Below are positions 10,507 to 18,998 of a stretch of 64,000 nucleotides of DNA, piece by piece (the stretch's first letter is position 1; the number at the start of each line of letters is the position of its first letter). The notes under the pieces are model-generated. The model had not been told where the DNA came from, did not search any database, and was given only the letters and a program-made list of their open reading frames with translations. Origin of the DNA: an uncultured Vicinamibacteraceae bacterium (GTDB lineage: Bacteria; Acidobacteriota; Vicinamibacteria; Vicinamibacterales; UBA8438); NCBI GenBank assembly GCA_964342185.1, contig CAYFER010000002.1:92946-156945 (forward strand), written 5' to 3'. Both the position numbers and the translations under genes were made by a program.

Positions 10507-10623
10507 GTTGTCTAGTAACACTGATTCTGCTCCACAAGTCCAGCCCAAACTATCAATGTCTCAGCCGGCACCACAGGAGAAATTGGTCGACTGGCGGTGA
10601 AGTAAGTCGATGATTTCATTGGT

Positions 10624-11787
<1,164 letters not shown>

Positions 11788-11842
11788 TTACTGTCCCAAT
11801 GACCGTTCTTTCAGTTGTGCAACAAGGATGGATCTATAAGAC

Positions 11843-13003
11843 ATGGTCATGAAACGCGTTAGGGTGGGCATCATCTACGGGGGGCGGTCCAATGAACACG
11901 AAGTGTCATTGGCATCAGCTGCCGCAGTAATCAGCAATCTTGATCCGGACCAGTATGAAATTTTTCCTATTTATATCCATCCTGATGGTCGCTGGTCACT
12001 CGCCAAACACCCACCCACAAGCAGTTCCGCGGCTCAAATTATTGATCAATCTAAGTCTCGCCCAGCCAGTGCTTCAATAAAACTCAAACAAACTCTACAA
12101 CTAGTATCACACCCGAGCGACAAAACACTCATAGCGATAGAACAACAAAATGACAACCCGCTATCTGAAATTGTTGACAGTTTAACCCTTGATGTTTTGT
12201 TTCCCGTTTTACACGGCAAACATGGAGAGGACGGAACATTGCAAGGATTGCTTGAACTAGCAAACTTGCCGTACGTTGGAGCTGGTGTTTTTTCATCTGC
12301 CGCGGCCATGGACAAAACTGCAGCCAAGGTCTTGTTTAAAGGATCTGGACTCCCTGTTGTTGATTATTGTGTCGTTTCAAAAAAAGACTGGGACTTGAGA
12401 CGCTCGACGACACTCGCCTCACTTGTCCAGCAGTTGAATTTTCCGATGTTCGTTAAACCTGCAAATCTAGGATCCAGTATCGGAATTAGCAAGGCCACTC
12501 AAATGGACGAACTGGAAACGTCTATTGATTTGGCACGTATGTTCGACCATAAGGTTCTTGTGGAAGTGGCGGTCCCCGAAGCCCGTGAACTTGAATGCGC
12601 CGTCTTGGGCAACGACGAGCCAGTCGTGTCACTACCGGGGGAAATTGTGTCCACTGGTCAATTTTACGATTACGCTGCCAAGTATCTTGACGCCGACTCC
12701 AAACTGATCATCCCCGCGTCGTTAACGGAAGAACAAACTAGTCGAATCAAGAAACTGGCCATCACTGCATTTCAAGCCATTGATTGCGCTGGTATGGCAC
12801 GAGTTGATTTTCTGATGGACGGAACTAATGGCCAACTGTTCCTCAACGAGATCAATACGATTCCTGGTTTCACGACAATCAGTATGTACCCGAAACTGTG
12901 GGAAGCTTCTGGCCTAAGTTATTCATCGCTCTTGGATCAACTAATTGAACTTGCTTTCGACCGACATGCGAGTAAGCAATCACTCAAGACAAGCCAAGAC
13001 TAG
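11843..13003 (+). CDS. ddl: D-alanine--D-alanine ligase
   Basis: GIIYGGRSNEHEVSLASA N-terminus, an ATP-grasp core, and a C-terminal LNEINTIPGFT motif. Confidence 0.92.
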   Translation: MVMKRVRVGIIYGGRSNEHEVSLASAAAVISNLDPDQYEIFPIYIHPDGRWSLAKHPPTSSSAAQIIDQSKSRPASASIKLKQTLQLVSHPSDKTLIAIEQQNDNPLSEIVDSLTLDVLFPVLHGKHGEDGTLQGLLELANLPYVGAGVFSSAAAMDKTAAKVLFKGSGLPVVDYCVVSKKDWDLRRSTTLASLVQQLNFPMFVKPANLGSSIGISKATQMDELETSIDLARMFDHKVLVEVAVPEARELECAVLGNDEPVVSLPGEIVSTGQFYDYAAKYLDADSKLIIPASLTEEQTSRIKKLAITAFQAIDCAGMARVDFLMDGTNGQLFLNEINTIPGFTTISMYPKLWEASGLSYSSLLDQLIELAFDRHASKQSLKTSQD

Positions 13004-13183
13004 TGCCACCGGCCGTATCAATCGAATGATTCACGTTAAATAAGTAAGACTCACTGAGACCTTACCCGTAATCAAGAATTTAACCGGATGTGTTTCGATC
13101 AAAAATACACAGTTTTGCGCCCGTGTATCGATTCATTCGCATAACTTGCTTACAAACTTTTTGACTTTTCATTTATTTTGTGC

Positions 13184-13213
13184 TTGACACGCTTATCTTC
13201 TCATCCGTAATCT
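13184..13213 (+). promoter_or_regulatory. Candidate sigma70-type promoter for the first lysine-rich micro-gene
   Basis: TTGACA (13184-13189), 18-nt spacer, TAATCT (13208-13213), within an AT-rich region about 105 nt upstream of the ATG at 13317. Confidence 0.4.
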
Positions 13214-13316
13214 ACATCTAGTATGAGGGTGGACGGCTCAGCCCACCTATTGTTGTAACACCTAGATGAGCGCAGGATGGGAACCTAGCTGAGCAGCCAC
13301 ATTCCAAGGAGGAAGA

Positions 13317-13454
13317 ATGGCGAAGAAGAAGGCAGCGAAGAAAAAGGCCGCGAAGAAAAAGGCCACGAAGAAAAAGGTAGCCAAGAAAAAGGCCACCAAG
13401 AAAAAGGCCACGAAGAAAAAGGCCGCAAAGAAAAAGGGCGCTAAAAAACGCTAA
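13317..13454 (+). CDS. Small polycationic protein (45 aa) made of nine xAKKK pentapeptide repeats; histone H1-like / nucleoid-associated type
   Basis: ATG at 13317 is preceded by the SD AAGGAGG (13306-13312). Translation is MAKKKAAKKKAAKKKATKKKVAKKKATKKKATKKKAAKKKGAKKR, with TAA at 13452-13454. An intrinsic terminator follows on the same strand. The gene is below the ORF-track size cut-off. Confidence 0.75.
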   Translation: MAKKKAAKKKAAKKKATKKKVAKKKATKKKATKKKAAKKKGAKKR

Positions 13455-13474
13455 ATCGAACCTGCCAATGGTTC

Positions 13475-13513
13475 CCGGGATGGACACCGTCGTGTGGACA
13501 TCCCGTTTTTTTT
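13475..13513 (+). terminator. Intrinsic terminator of the first micro-gene
   Basis: Imperfect hairpin cgggatg...catcccg followed by T8 (13506-13513). Confidence 0.7.
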
Positions 13514-13659
13514 GTCTTTCCGGGTTGTGACCCGGAAAACGCTGTCGCTAGGGTCAGGTTCTCTTACGCAGACTATCGCATTGGCCTGCGTTCGTCAGAA
13601 TCTTGGTTCCCCTAATTTAGGTGGCAGCTAGCTCAACACGAAGGGGGGGAGAACCCAAA

Positions 13660-13782
13660 ATGGCAAAGAAAAAGGCCGCGAAGAAAAAGGCCGCGAAGAA
13701 AAAGGTAGCCAAGAAAAAGGCCACCAAGAAAAAAGCCACGAAGAAAAAGGTAGCCAAGAAAAAGGGCGCCAAAAAGCGCTAG
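13660..13782 (+). CDS. Small polycationic protein (40 aa), paralog of 13317..13454 with eight xAKKK repeats
   Basis: ATG at 13660 is preceded by a purine-rich AAGGGGGGGAGAA. Translation is MAKKKAAKKKAAKKKVAKKKATKKKATKKKVAKKKGAKKR, with TAG at 13780-13782. A hairpin plus a G9-TAA-C7-T5 terminator lie immediately downstream. Confidence 0.72.
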   Translation: MAKKKAAKKKAAKKKVAKKKATKKKATKKKVAKKKGAKKR

Positions 13783-13801
13783 ATTCGGTCTTCGAATCGA
13801 A

Positions 13802-13825
13802 GGGGGGGGGTAACCCCCCCTTTTT
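13802..13825 (+). terminator. Intrinsic terminator of the second micro-gene
   Basis: G9 (13802-13810) / C7 (13814-20) stem with a TAA loop, followed by TTTTT. Confidence 0.7.
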
Positions 13826-13878
13826 CTTGTTGGGTTCCAAAAAACGAAGCCATTGGGCAGGGTCGATAATGGTTGTGC

Positions 13879-16110
13879 CTACAAAGGAGACACACCGTCC
13901 CAAACTAAAACCCTTCTGATCACATCACCCGGCCTGAGTTGATCAACAACATCCATACCGTCTACAACACGCGCAAAAGCCGTGTAACGTCCATCAAGAT
14001 CTGGCTGCGGCGAATGCGTTATAAAAAACTGACTGCCTCCAGTGTCCTGCCAATCGCGTGCAATACCTACGGTCCCTCTTAAATATGGAAGCTGGTTAAG
14101 CTCGTCCCTTAATGTGTAACCAGGTCCACCCTCACTGTCCGCCCTTGGGTCACCCCCTTGTACGACATAATTTGGAACAACCCGATGGAATGACAGACCG
14201 TCGTAAAACCCAAGACGTGCCAGAGTCATGAAGTTGTCGCAGGTCAAAGGCGCATCGATTACATTCAGTTCCATTTCAATTGTGCCATAGTCAGTCTCGA
14301 CGTAGACGTGTGGAGAAACGGTCGGTCTTACCAAAGCTGGCGCTTCAAAATTAACACTTCTCCTGCCGGGAGCCGGACGAATTGACCCGCTGTGCGTGAC
14401 ACCAGGTATCAGAGTATCCAAGCCCTCCGCTGCCCTAATCCGAGTTGCCCAATCGGGATCACTTAACGCTTCGGTTAGTATCCTCTGCGCCGTCGGACCA
14501 CCAATTGTCGCAAGAACGTCAAGGATAGCCGAGCGGGCCAGATAACTGGGCTCGTCTCGCGAAATCTCGAATGCTTGAACCAGTGCCGACACCATCTCAA
14601 CATCACTCAAGCTAGAAGCGCCTTTATTTCTATTTGCACCTAAAAGATTAGCGGCTGTCTTACGGATAACCACGTCTTCATGTTTAAGATGATCCAGTAA
14701 AATCCTTTCAACATCCGGTAATTGCTGTTTAAACATCGACTGCAGAACATATGGAATCACCCGTGTGTCCTCATCCTTTAGTAGCAGTTCCAACTGGTGA
14801 GTCGCCGCCTCAACGTCTGTAAACGCCAACCCTTCAGCTAAGGCCACGCGAACACGCCAATTCGAGTCTCGGCCAAGCCCTGATAACACCAGCATAAAAG
14901 TGTCTGGGTCTGTTCTAGCCAAGGCCTTGAGCGCCGCTGCCCGCATCGGCGGCCATGGGTCCGTCATTAACTCAATGAACACGTCGGTTGCTCCGGCCGA
15001 ATGGTGATACTGAAGAGCTACAAGTGTGGCCAGTCGTAAAGTCGGCGACAAGTCCAAATCGATTGCAAACTCTCGGAGTTCCTTCCCAATACGTGGGTCC
15101 TCCAGCTTGGATAGTGCTTGAATGGCAGTTGCGATAACCTTTTCGTCACGGCGGTTCAAATCCAAGAGGGCCAGCAATGCATCGGCAGCAGCGGTTGAGT
15201 TGGCATGACCGACCTTCCCTAAGCCTTCCGCCGCAAAAGCTACACCAACACTTCCTTGAACACCGGCCAAAGTCACAAGAGCCTCAAGCGCCCTCGGATC
15301 GCCGGTGCTTTGTAAGGCATACGCAACCGGCCACCACCACAAAATTGGCTGGCCATTTGGCTGCAGTACGGCCTCGGCCAAAGATTCATACGCTCCGAGG
15401 GTCCCTAATGCATATAGTGCAAGTCGAAAGGCTTCTACCTCTGCGGATAAAGGATATGAAAGGTCATCCGGGTCTAGATCATACGCAGTAGTAATATGAG
15501 AACTAATAAGGCGGCCAATAGCTGGTCCAGCATCAGTAGCACCGATTCGGCCCAACGCTTCGGCCGCCCGACCCTGAACAATCGGTTCAAAATCTTCGAG
15601 GGCCTCTAGAAGGGCTGAGGTGGCCTGAATATCCCCAATCAGGCCCAACGCAAATGCGGACATTTGTCTGACTTCAACCTGAGGGTCTTTCAGCGAAGAA
15701 ATCAGTGGCTTAACCGCCTCTTGAAGACCAAGTCGACCCAAGGCGAGTGCCGCTCTTCGTCTAATTTGAGGCTCACTATCTGACAGCAACAATACCAAGT
15801 CCGGTTCCATTGGAACGCCTTGCACTACCGCCTCAAGACTCTCCATCGCATCGTCTGAACTGGTTAAATCTGATGTATCTCTAATTAACCGTTGATCTTC
15901 GAGCCGAAGGATCCAACTAATTTTTTCGTCAAACGTAGGCAGTGTGGGAACAACTACAGTTGGGGTACGAGCGCAGCCGATAGCAGTGCCAATTCCGCAG
16001 AAGGAAACAAGAAGCACAAACAGCTGCAACTTCCGATCTTCACGTGATGGTAACGTCCGAAAATCAAACATGCGGGCGGCGGGCATCATAGCATGCAAAG
16101 TTCTCTGCAT
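13879..16110 (-). CDS. HEAT-repeat protein fused to a C-terminal cyclophilin-type peptidyl-prolyl cis-trans isomerase (probable lipoprotein)
   Basis: N-terminal signal/lipobox (FCGIGTAIGC). There are many HEAT/PBS-lyase-like repeats (RRRAALALGRLG, VRQMSAFALGLIG, RAAEALGRIG ...). The C-terminal roughly 165 aa is a clear cyclophilin (FHRVVPNYVVQGGDP ... GGSQFFIT). The start could be 16089 or 16071. Confidence 0.85.
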   Translation of the reverse strand: MQRTLHAMMPAARMFDFRTLPSREDRKLQLFVLLVSFCGIGTAIGCARTPTVVVPTLPTFDEKISWILRLEDQRLIRDTSDLTSSDDAMESLEAVVQGVPMEPDLVLLLSDSEPQIRRRAALALGRLGLQEAVKPLISSLKDPQVEVRQMSAFALGLIGDIQATSALLEALEDFEPIVQGRAAEALGRIGATDAGPAIGRLISSHITTAYDLDPDDLSYPLSAEVEAFRLALYALGTLGAYESLAEAVLQPNGQPILWWWPVAYALQSTGDPRALEALVTLAGVQGSVGVAFAAEGLGKVGHANSTAAADALLALLDLNRRDEKVIATAIQALSKLEDPRIGKELREFAIDLDLSPTLRLATLVALQYHHSAGATDVFIELMTDPWPPMRAAALKALARTDPDTFMLVLSGLGRDSNWRVRVALAEGLAFTDVEAATHQLELLLKDEDTRVIPYVLQSMFKQQLPDVERILLDHLKHEDVVIRKTAANLLGANRNKGASSLSDVEMVSALVQAFEISRDEPSYLARSAILDVLATIGGPTAQRILTEALSDPDWATRIRAAEGLDTLIPGVTHSGSIRPAPGRRSVNFEAPALVRPTVSPHVYVETDYGTIEMELNVIDAPLTCDNFMTLARLGFYDGLSFHRVVPNYVVQGGDPRADSEGGPGYTLRDELNQLPYLRGTVGIARDWQDTGGSQFFITHSPQPDLDGRYTAFARVVDGMDVVDQLRPGDVIRRVLVWDGVSPL

Positions 16111-16136
16111 CGGAGACTGCTATACTGCGAAGTATA

Positions 16137-16781
16137 TTGGACTTCCGCCACATCGCAATCGAGGGTCCGATAGGTGTCGGCAAGACGACGCTCGCTCAGC
16201 ACCTCGGCGCTCGACTGAACGCGACTGTGATTCTTGACGAGACCGACAATCCATTTGTGGCCGATCTGTATAACGGCCGTTCTGGAGCCGCGTTTCAGAG
16301 TCAATTGTTTTCCGTGCTTAATAGACATCGTCAACAGTCTTCACTTCGCCAGACGGATCTATTTAATCAACTTATCATCTGCGACTACCTATTCGACAAG
16401 GACAAGGTTTATGCATACCTAAACCTCGACGACAACGAACTATTCATTTATCAACGTCTATACGATCTTCTGGCGGCCGATCTGAAAGCCCCAGACCTCG
16501 TCGTCTATCTTCAAACTCCTACTAACGTGCTCCACCAGCGTGCTCGAGTCTATAGGCGTTCCAACACTGATATGCCCGTTCCAGACGATCACTATTTGAG
16601 TGAACTCAATGAAGCCTATACCCACTTCTTCTATCACTACACCGCAACACCACTACTCGTTGTCGAAACGTCAGAATTGAACCTCAAGTGGACAGATAAA
16701 GAACTCGATGAACTTGTCAAACAGATAAAGGACATGGGCGGTGGTACCAGGTACTACGTTCCACAAATAGGTAAGGTTTGA
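16137..16781 (+). CDS. Deoxynucleoside kinase (dCK/dGK family)
   Basis: P-loop IAIEGPIGVGKTTLA, 214 aa, dNK-like DRY/ERS-type core. TTG start. Confidence 0.75.
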   Translation: MDFRHIAIEGPIGVGKTTLAQHLGARLNATVILDETDNPFVADLYNGRSGAAFQSQLFSVLNRHRQQSSLRQTDLFNQLIICDYLFDKDKVYAYLNLDDNELFIYQRLYDLLAADLKAPDLVVYLQTPTNVLHQRARVYRRSNTDMPVPDDHYLSELNEAYTHFFYHYTATPLLVVETSELNLKWTDKELDELVKQIKDMGGGTRYYVPQIGKV

Positions 16782-16784
16782 TGG

Positions 16785-17681
16785 ATGGCTTGGTTTAAGA
16801 AGGCACGTCGCCCGATAGCGTCAACGGCTGTTCCAAAACATATGCCGGCAGGACTGTGGATTAAGTGCCCGAGTTGTGGAAAAGTTCTTTATGAAAAAGA
16901 CCTTGTAAAGAATCTCCGCGTCTGCTCCAAATGCGGTCACCATTTGCAGCTGACTGCGACCCAACGACTTGATTCACTTCTAGACGAAGCTAGTTGGACC
17001 GAATTCGATCGGGAACTTCGATCAACCGATCCGTTGAATTTTCATGATACGAAGCCCTACAAATCTCGATTGACGTCAAGTGAAGCGAAAGTCGGCACCC
17101 AAGAAGCGGCCATAGCGGCCGTCGGAAAATTAGACGGAATCAGCATATCGATTGTAGCAATGGAATACGGCTTCATTGGCGGGAGTATGGGAATTGTAGT
17201 CGGAGAGAAAATCACTCGCGCAATCGAACGTGCACTCGAACACAAAATACCGCTTGTTATCGTAAGTTGTTCTGGCGGCGCCCGGATGATGGAAGGAACA
17301 CTTTCTTTAATGCAGATGGCGAAAATCAGCGCCGCGTTAGCTAGGTTGGACCGCGCCGCCCTGCCCTACGTAGCGATACTCACAGACCCGACAACCGGAG
17401 GCGTCACAGCCAGCTTCGCTATGCTCGCTGACCTTAGTGTTGCCGAACCTAACGCCCTTATCGGCTTTGCCGGACCACGAGTTATCGAACAAACAATTCG
17501 CCAGAGACTTCCATCAGGATTTCAGCGGAGTGAGTTTCTTCTCAAACACGGAATGTTAGATATCGTGGTTCACCGCAGCGAGTTAAAAAGCACGGTGGCT
17601 CGAATCCTCCGTCTTTTGACTAATCAATCCGCGTCTACGACGCCGATTGATCAACCAGAAAATTCGGACGCTGCTCTATGA
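16785..17681 (+). CDS. accD: Acetyl-CoA carboxylase carboxyltransferase subunit beta
   Basis: N-terminal Zn ribbon CPSCGKVLY...CSKCGHH, followed by a carboxyltransferase domain (GGSMG, SGGARMMEG). Confidence 0.95.
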   Translation: MAWFKKARRPIASTAVPKHMPAGLWIKCPSCGKVLYEKDLVKNLRVCSKCGHHLQLTATQRLDSLLDEASWTEFDRELRSTDPLNFHDTKPYKSRLTSSEAKVGTQEAAIAAVGKLDGISISIVAMEYGFIGGSMGIVVGEKITRAIERALEHKIPLVIVSCSGGARMMEGTLSLMQMAKISAALARLDRAALPYVAILTDPTTGGVTASFAMLADLSVAEPNALIGFAGPRVIEQTIRQRLPSGFQRSEFLLKHGMLDIVVHRSELKSTVARILRLLTNQSASTTPIDQPENSDAAL

Positions 17682-18997
17682 GCGGTTCGGAAGCTCTCGA
17701 TTACTTGTTCAGCCTAGAACAACACGGTATCAAGCTCGGGCTTGAAAATATTCATACACTGTGTGCTGCCCTTGGCCATCCAGAAAAAACTTTTAAGTCG
17801 GTAATTGTGGCTGGGACTAATGGCAAAGGCTCGGTCGCTGCAATCATCGAAAAGGCACTGCGAGCCAACGATCTGCAGACAGGCCGATACACGTCACCGC
17901 ATCTCGTCCGTCTTGAAGAACGTTTTTGTGTCAATGGAGAACAGATTACACACTCAGTTTTTTCAGACCTTATCCGTGAAATCAAAGAAGTTATTACCAA
18001 CCTTCGAAAATCAGGACAACTTCAGACACCACCGACCTTTTTTGAAGTGACTACCGCAATAGCGTTTACTTGGTTTGCACGATCCGATGTCAAAGTTGCC
18101 GTGTTGGAGGTCGGTATGGGGGGACAATTTGACGCGACTAATGTTGTGACGCCAATCGGCGCGGTAATAACAGAAGTCGATCTTGATCACCAGCAATTCT
18201 TAGGGCAAACGCTATCAGAAATAGCCTTTGAAAAATCAGGTGTGATCAAGCCAGGCATTGTAGTCGTCACTGCTGACACCAAGCCGCCCGTACTAGAAGT
18301 GTTCCGACGTGTTTGTCGCGAGCGTGAGGCACGCCTCATTGAATGTCCGAAACAAGTCACAACGGATGTCAAGATAGAGAACAATTACACCAAACTGAAA
18401 TTAACAACGCCCCGGGCAACATACGGACCACTAAAGTTGTCACTCCAAGGTCGCCACCAAGTTCATAATGCCTGTTCCGCGGTGCGGTTATTAGAAGAAC
18501 TCAATGACATTTTACCCATCTCGTATTCCTCCATTAAAGCCGCCTTGACAACCACCTGCTGGCCAGGACGCCTGCAACTACTGGAGGTTGGTCCTCGACG
18601 CCATATACTTTTGGATGCGGCGCACAATCCAGCCGCCGCTTCGGCACTGGCCTCCTACCTAACTGAAATGTATCCTCAACGATTACCCCTCATGTTCGCA
18701 GCGTCCAGAGACAAAGACGTCAATGGAATTATCCAGATTCTGCTACCCCACATTACAAAGGTTATATGCGTGCAACTAAAGACCAAACGTACTTGGTCTG
18801 CGACCGAACTAAATGCAAGTATTTCAGCAAACCACCCGGGCATAGTAACGACAACAAGTGACTCTCCTCAAGCAGCCTTGGAGACGGCTTGGCTGGAGCA
18901 AGAAATCGCAGTTGCCGCCGGGTCAGTTTACCTCGTAGGTGAGATAACCCAACTTCTCAACCCTGCTATGAATACGGCAGAGGGTCGACCGCGGTAG
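17678..18997 (+). CDS. folC: Bifunctional folylpolyglutamate synthase / dihydrofolate synthase
   Basis: Mur-ligase fold with VAGTNGKGS P-loop. accD-folC synteny with a 4-nt overlap (ATGA). Confidence 0.9.
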   Translation: MSGSEALDYLFSLEQHGIKLGLENIHTLCAALGHPEKTFKSVIVAGTNGKGSVAAIIEKALRANDLQTGRYTSPHLVRLEERFCVNGEQITHSVFSDLIREIKEVITNLRKSGQLQTPPTFFEVTTAIAFTWFARSDVKVAVLEVGMGGQFDATNVVTPIGAVITEVDLDHQQFLGQTLSEIAFEKSGVIKPGIVVVTADTKPPVLEVFRRVCREREARLIECPKQVTTDVKIENNYTKLKLTTPRATYGPLKLSLQGRHQVHNACSAVRLLEELNDILPISYSSIKAALTTTCWPGRLQLLEVGPRRHILLDAAHNPAAASALASYLTEMYPQRLPLMFAASRDKDVNGIIQILLPHITKVICVQLKTKRTWSATELNASISANHPGIVTTTSDSPQAALETAWLEQEIAVAAGSVYLVGEITQLLNPAMNTAEGRPR

Positions 18998-18998
18998 T

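Noticed and set aside
13320-13770. Possible CRISPR-like or satellite array because of regularly spaced 15-bp repeats
   Set aside because: The units are contiguous with no spacers, have a period of 15 bp (five codons), lie inside two short ORFs, and no cas genes are present. This is a coding tandem repeat, not a CRISPR array.
13218-13903. Track ORFs 13218..13487 (-) and 13628..13903 (-) with LFLRGLFL / PFSWLPFSS repeats
   Set aside because: They are antisense shadows of the AAGAAAAAGGCC coding repeats. The SD sequences, ATG starts and hairpin plus T-tract terminators are all oriented for the plus strand.
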